This document shows positions 61,392 to 64,000 of a stretch of DNA of 64,000 nt, piece after piece. The translations under genes were made by a program, and so were the position numbers. How positions within the stretch are numbered: the stretch's first letter is position 1; every line of letters begins with the position of its first letter. This stretch comes from Phoronis australis (lineage: Eukaryota; Animalia; Phoronida), in assembly GCA_002633005.1 (NCBI GenBank), contig NMRA01000037.1, positions 1,378,577 through 1,442,576 of the forward strand. The letters run 5' to 3'. The notes under the pieces were generated by a model. The model was not told the DNA's origin. It did not search any database and was given only the letters and a program-made list of their open reading frames with translations.

Positions 61392-62174
61392 CGATATTTT
61401 ATTCATCTAAGGATAACACTTCTCCAAAAAAGCGTAACCATTACTCTGAATTGAAAGTCCCAAAAACGGGGCTTCCCGATGTTCTCCGGTGCCGCTATTT
61501 CCTTGACCTCTCACTTTTGCTTCTGTTGTTCTGAAAGTATTTTTGTGCGCAGTTTTTTGTTGCTTCCTCAATACTAAGGACTGTGCGCAAAATGACTTTG
61601 TTGTACATTATTAAGATGGAATTATTTCTCAATATCAAGCAACTGTAATGACATGTAGACTTTCGTCAAATCTCCATGTAATAAACAAGACGATAAGTCT
61701 TTTTCATTCGTCAAATAAAACAGGTGCTAAAAAGAATCGGATGGTGGTAGATATTAACTTTAACAACATCCCAGAAACCTTTAACATCAGTTAAAACAAT
61801 GTTCAAAATTCATAAATAATTTCAATTTTTGAAAGCGAAATTGTATGATGTATTGGGTAATAAGCAAAGTAACCCACAAATAATTAAGCCTCGAACAAAG
61901 CAACCAAGAACGAGAAGTCGGGAAGCTCAAGAACAGGGAGCATTTTCTGGATATTTTCCATGTCAAAATCGACCTCCAAAGCTTTATTTTCAAGTGGGCA
62001 ATTCCTACTTGGTATCAAAATCCCCACGCAAACAAACAAATTTTGGAAAATGAAGTCCATTGACTTGTTTCTGCCGTTTCTACAGTCGTTGTGCAGAACA
62101 TAAAGTTAACGACTCTTGTATTGTATCTTCTTTGAAATTCACTTGATCAAAAGAAAATATATCATATTAATGTT

Positions 62175-62990
62175 ATACTAGAGCAACGCGGAGCGTTAAA
62201 ATGCGCCCACGAATGCACCTCTAACGGTGTGCTTCTAGGGTTGTTTATTTGTTTCATTAAAATAGCCACTAGAAGACGTAAAAACATTAAATCCATCTGA
62301 AAACGGGAAAATGCCATCGCTTCTTTAACAGAAAGCTACTTACCAAATTTCATAAATATCAGTCAAGGAACTTCAGAGAAACGAAGGAAAACGGAAAAAA
62401 TGAAATTGCCTCTATGGGGCACAGGCTTCATTGGATCGGCCTGAAAGACGTCGTATGTTGTTAGCTTCATAAAAATACAATTACTAAATTCATACAGTGT
62501 GTTAAGGAGATGCAGCTATGGGCACAAAACAAAACAAAACTACCACTAGGAGGAGCCACAGTAGTCGAATTCGTTATAGTCAAACGCCCTCTTCACACTG
62601 ATAACGTACACGCCAATTTTCAAAATAATCATTAAAAAAGAATGGTTTGGTTGATCGACGGGTGGATGCCAAAAAACAGACTCGAAAACAGGAAAAATGG
62701 CCACTAGGTGGCGCAAAGTACCTCGATTCCATCCGAAAACGGGAGGATACCATCATCTCACCAATACATGCCTGTATTCCAAATTTTCTGAAAATCTGTG
62801 GAGGACCTTTGAAGATACAGAGGTAAACCTAAAAAACTAAAATTGCCACTAGGGGGCACACTGATAGTCAGATCCGTCTAAAAGTTGTGAACATAATATA
62901 AATACACTTGCTAAATTAAGCAAAGATTCTGCAAACGGTTTAGGAGATACAGCCATATTTAGAGGAGGTTTGGGTTTTTTCAAAGTACTG
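62175..62990 (+). repeat. Diverged ~140-160-bp tandem array, Helentron/HINE-like
   Basis: Begins ACTAGAG. Units share (G)CCACTAG(G)-like starts (~62266, 62408, 62542, 62700, 62845) and TACCAAATTTCAT-like blocks. Confidence 0.6.
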
Positions 62991-64000
62991 GGCTTTCGGA
63001 GTAGTGGCGAAGCGTGAGCTCAAGCAACGAAGCCAAAAACCACTTCTAATCGAAGTAAGCCACGTTGGTTAATGCCCACTTAAAGTTATGTGTTGACGCG
63101 CAGTGAGTTTAGTGAGACGTTAAACCTATGTATGATTAGTAGGTAAAGTAAAACACAGTTCTTCATGAAGTCACTAGGTGGCGCTTTGTACGAATATGAA
63201 TATTCTCGGCCTTAGTGAGACCTAGCATCTTTAATAATGTACTGTACGTTTAGTACATTATAGGTAGAGTAAAACAAGTTTGGAATTCACATAGACTATT
63301 CAGCTCATCCAGACGTCTTTTATAGGAGATAGGTTTTGAAAGGTCTCCCGTGCACACTCACCAAGAATAACAGGACTATGCATCAACAGCCTGTGGTCAT
63401 TGATTAGGAAGCAAGGATCAAAACGGAAGGAATTTAATAATCGATTATTTGTACTGTAATAGGTAGATGAATATTGTCGGATTGATATCCCCTGAGGTAT
63501 ACCGTTTAGCAGTCGATTATAACATCAAACCACACGTCTAAACCAGAGGAATATTGATGTGATTCACTTGAGTTCAGGGATTAACTCAATAGAAATCTCT
63601 ACAGAACAAGGAGTATCACATCATAGAACATGCTGCGCAGCAGTGTTCAGTGTACTAGTTTTTCGTCTCGAAATTCACCACGCGGGCAAGGATGACTTGT
63701 ATGCTTAACGTAAGTAAAGAAAATACATGTACACCCCATTCTAGGCACTTGCATTATTCACGATACCATGTGTCTATTGGAGAGAAAGTTAGTTTTCGAA
63801 ATCATCTCCAACGCAAAGTCTAGTCAGGAACTCTCGCGTCGCCGAGTCAAACGCATCCTGGCTGAGCTAATCGCATTCGGTGAAAATGTCCTTTAGTTAC
63901 AAATAGAGCACAGCCCCTACAGACGAATGGGGCTATTCGGAGAATTCTCCTCGCGGTGTCGCTGCTGTACTAGTGGTGATTGAATTGCGCATGCGTGGCT

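Overview
Eukaryotic, AT-rich, repeat-dense genomic DNA, probably from a marine invertebrate (lophotrochozoan-like repeat content; the species cannot be determined from sequence). The only clear host genes are four same-strand copies of a TRIM-NHL E3 ligase (RING, B-box1, B-box2, coiled coil, S/T/P linker, NHL propeller) with an uninterrupted CDS, at 14.9, 35.9, 38.8 and 44.2 kb. Copies 1 and 4 are complete. Copies 2 and 3 both end at the same base against single-N gaps (37791, 40674), so copy 3 may be an allele of copy 2. The copies sit in segmental duplications. Copy 3 is a clear mosaic (copy-2 ends, ~1 kb copy-4 middle), and differences cluster in predicted NHL surface loops while B-box1 is nearly invariant, suggesting a recombining, diversifying innate-immune gene family (inference). 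The rest is transposon-derived: an RTE-X-like LINE and older relatives, a non-autonomous P-type element with a spliced THAP12-like domain, Kolobok-like THAP elements, two Crypton (DUF3504) relics, a Harbinger relic, a foldback element with an 11-13 bp TSD, MITEs, Helentron-like arrays, a ~4 kb hierarchical repeat, and a 26-bp probable excision footprint. All alignments and translations outside the ORF track were done by eye.
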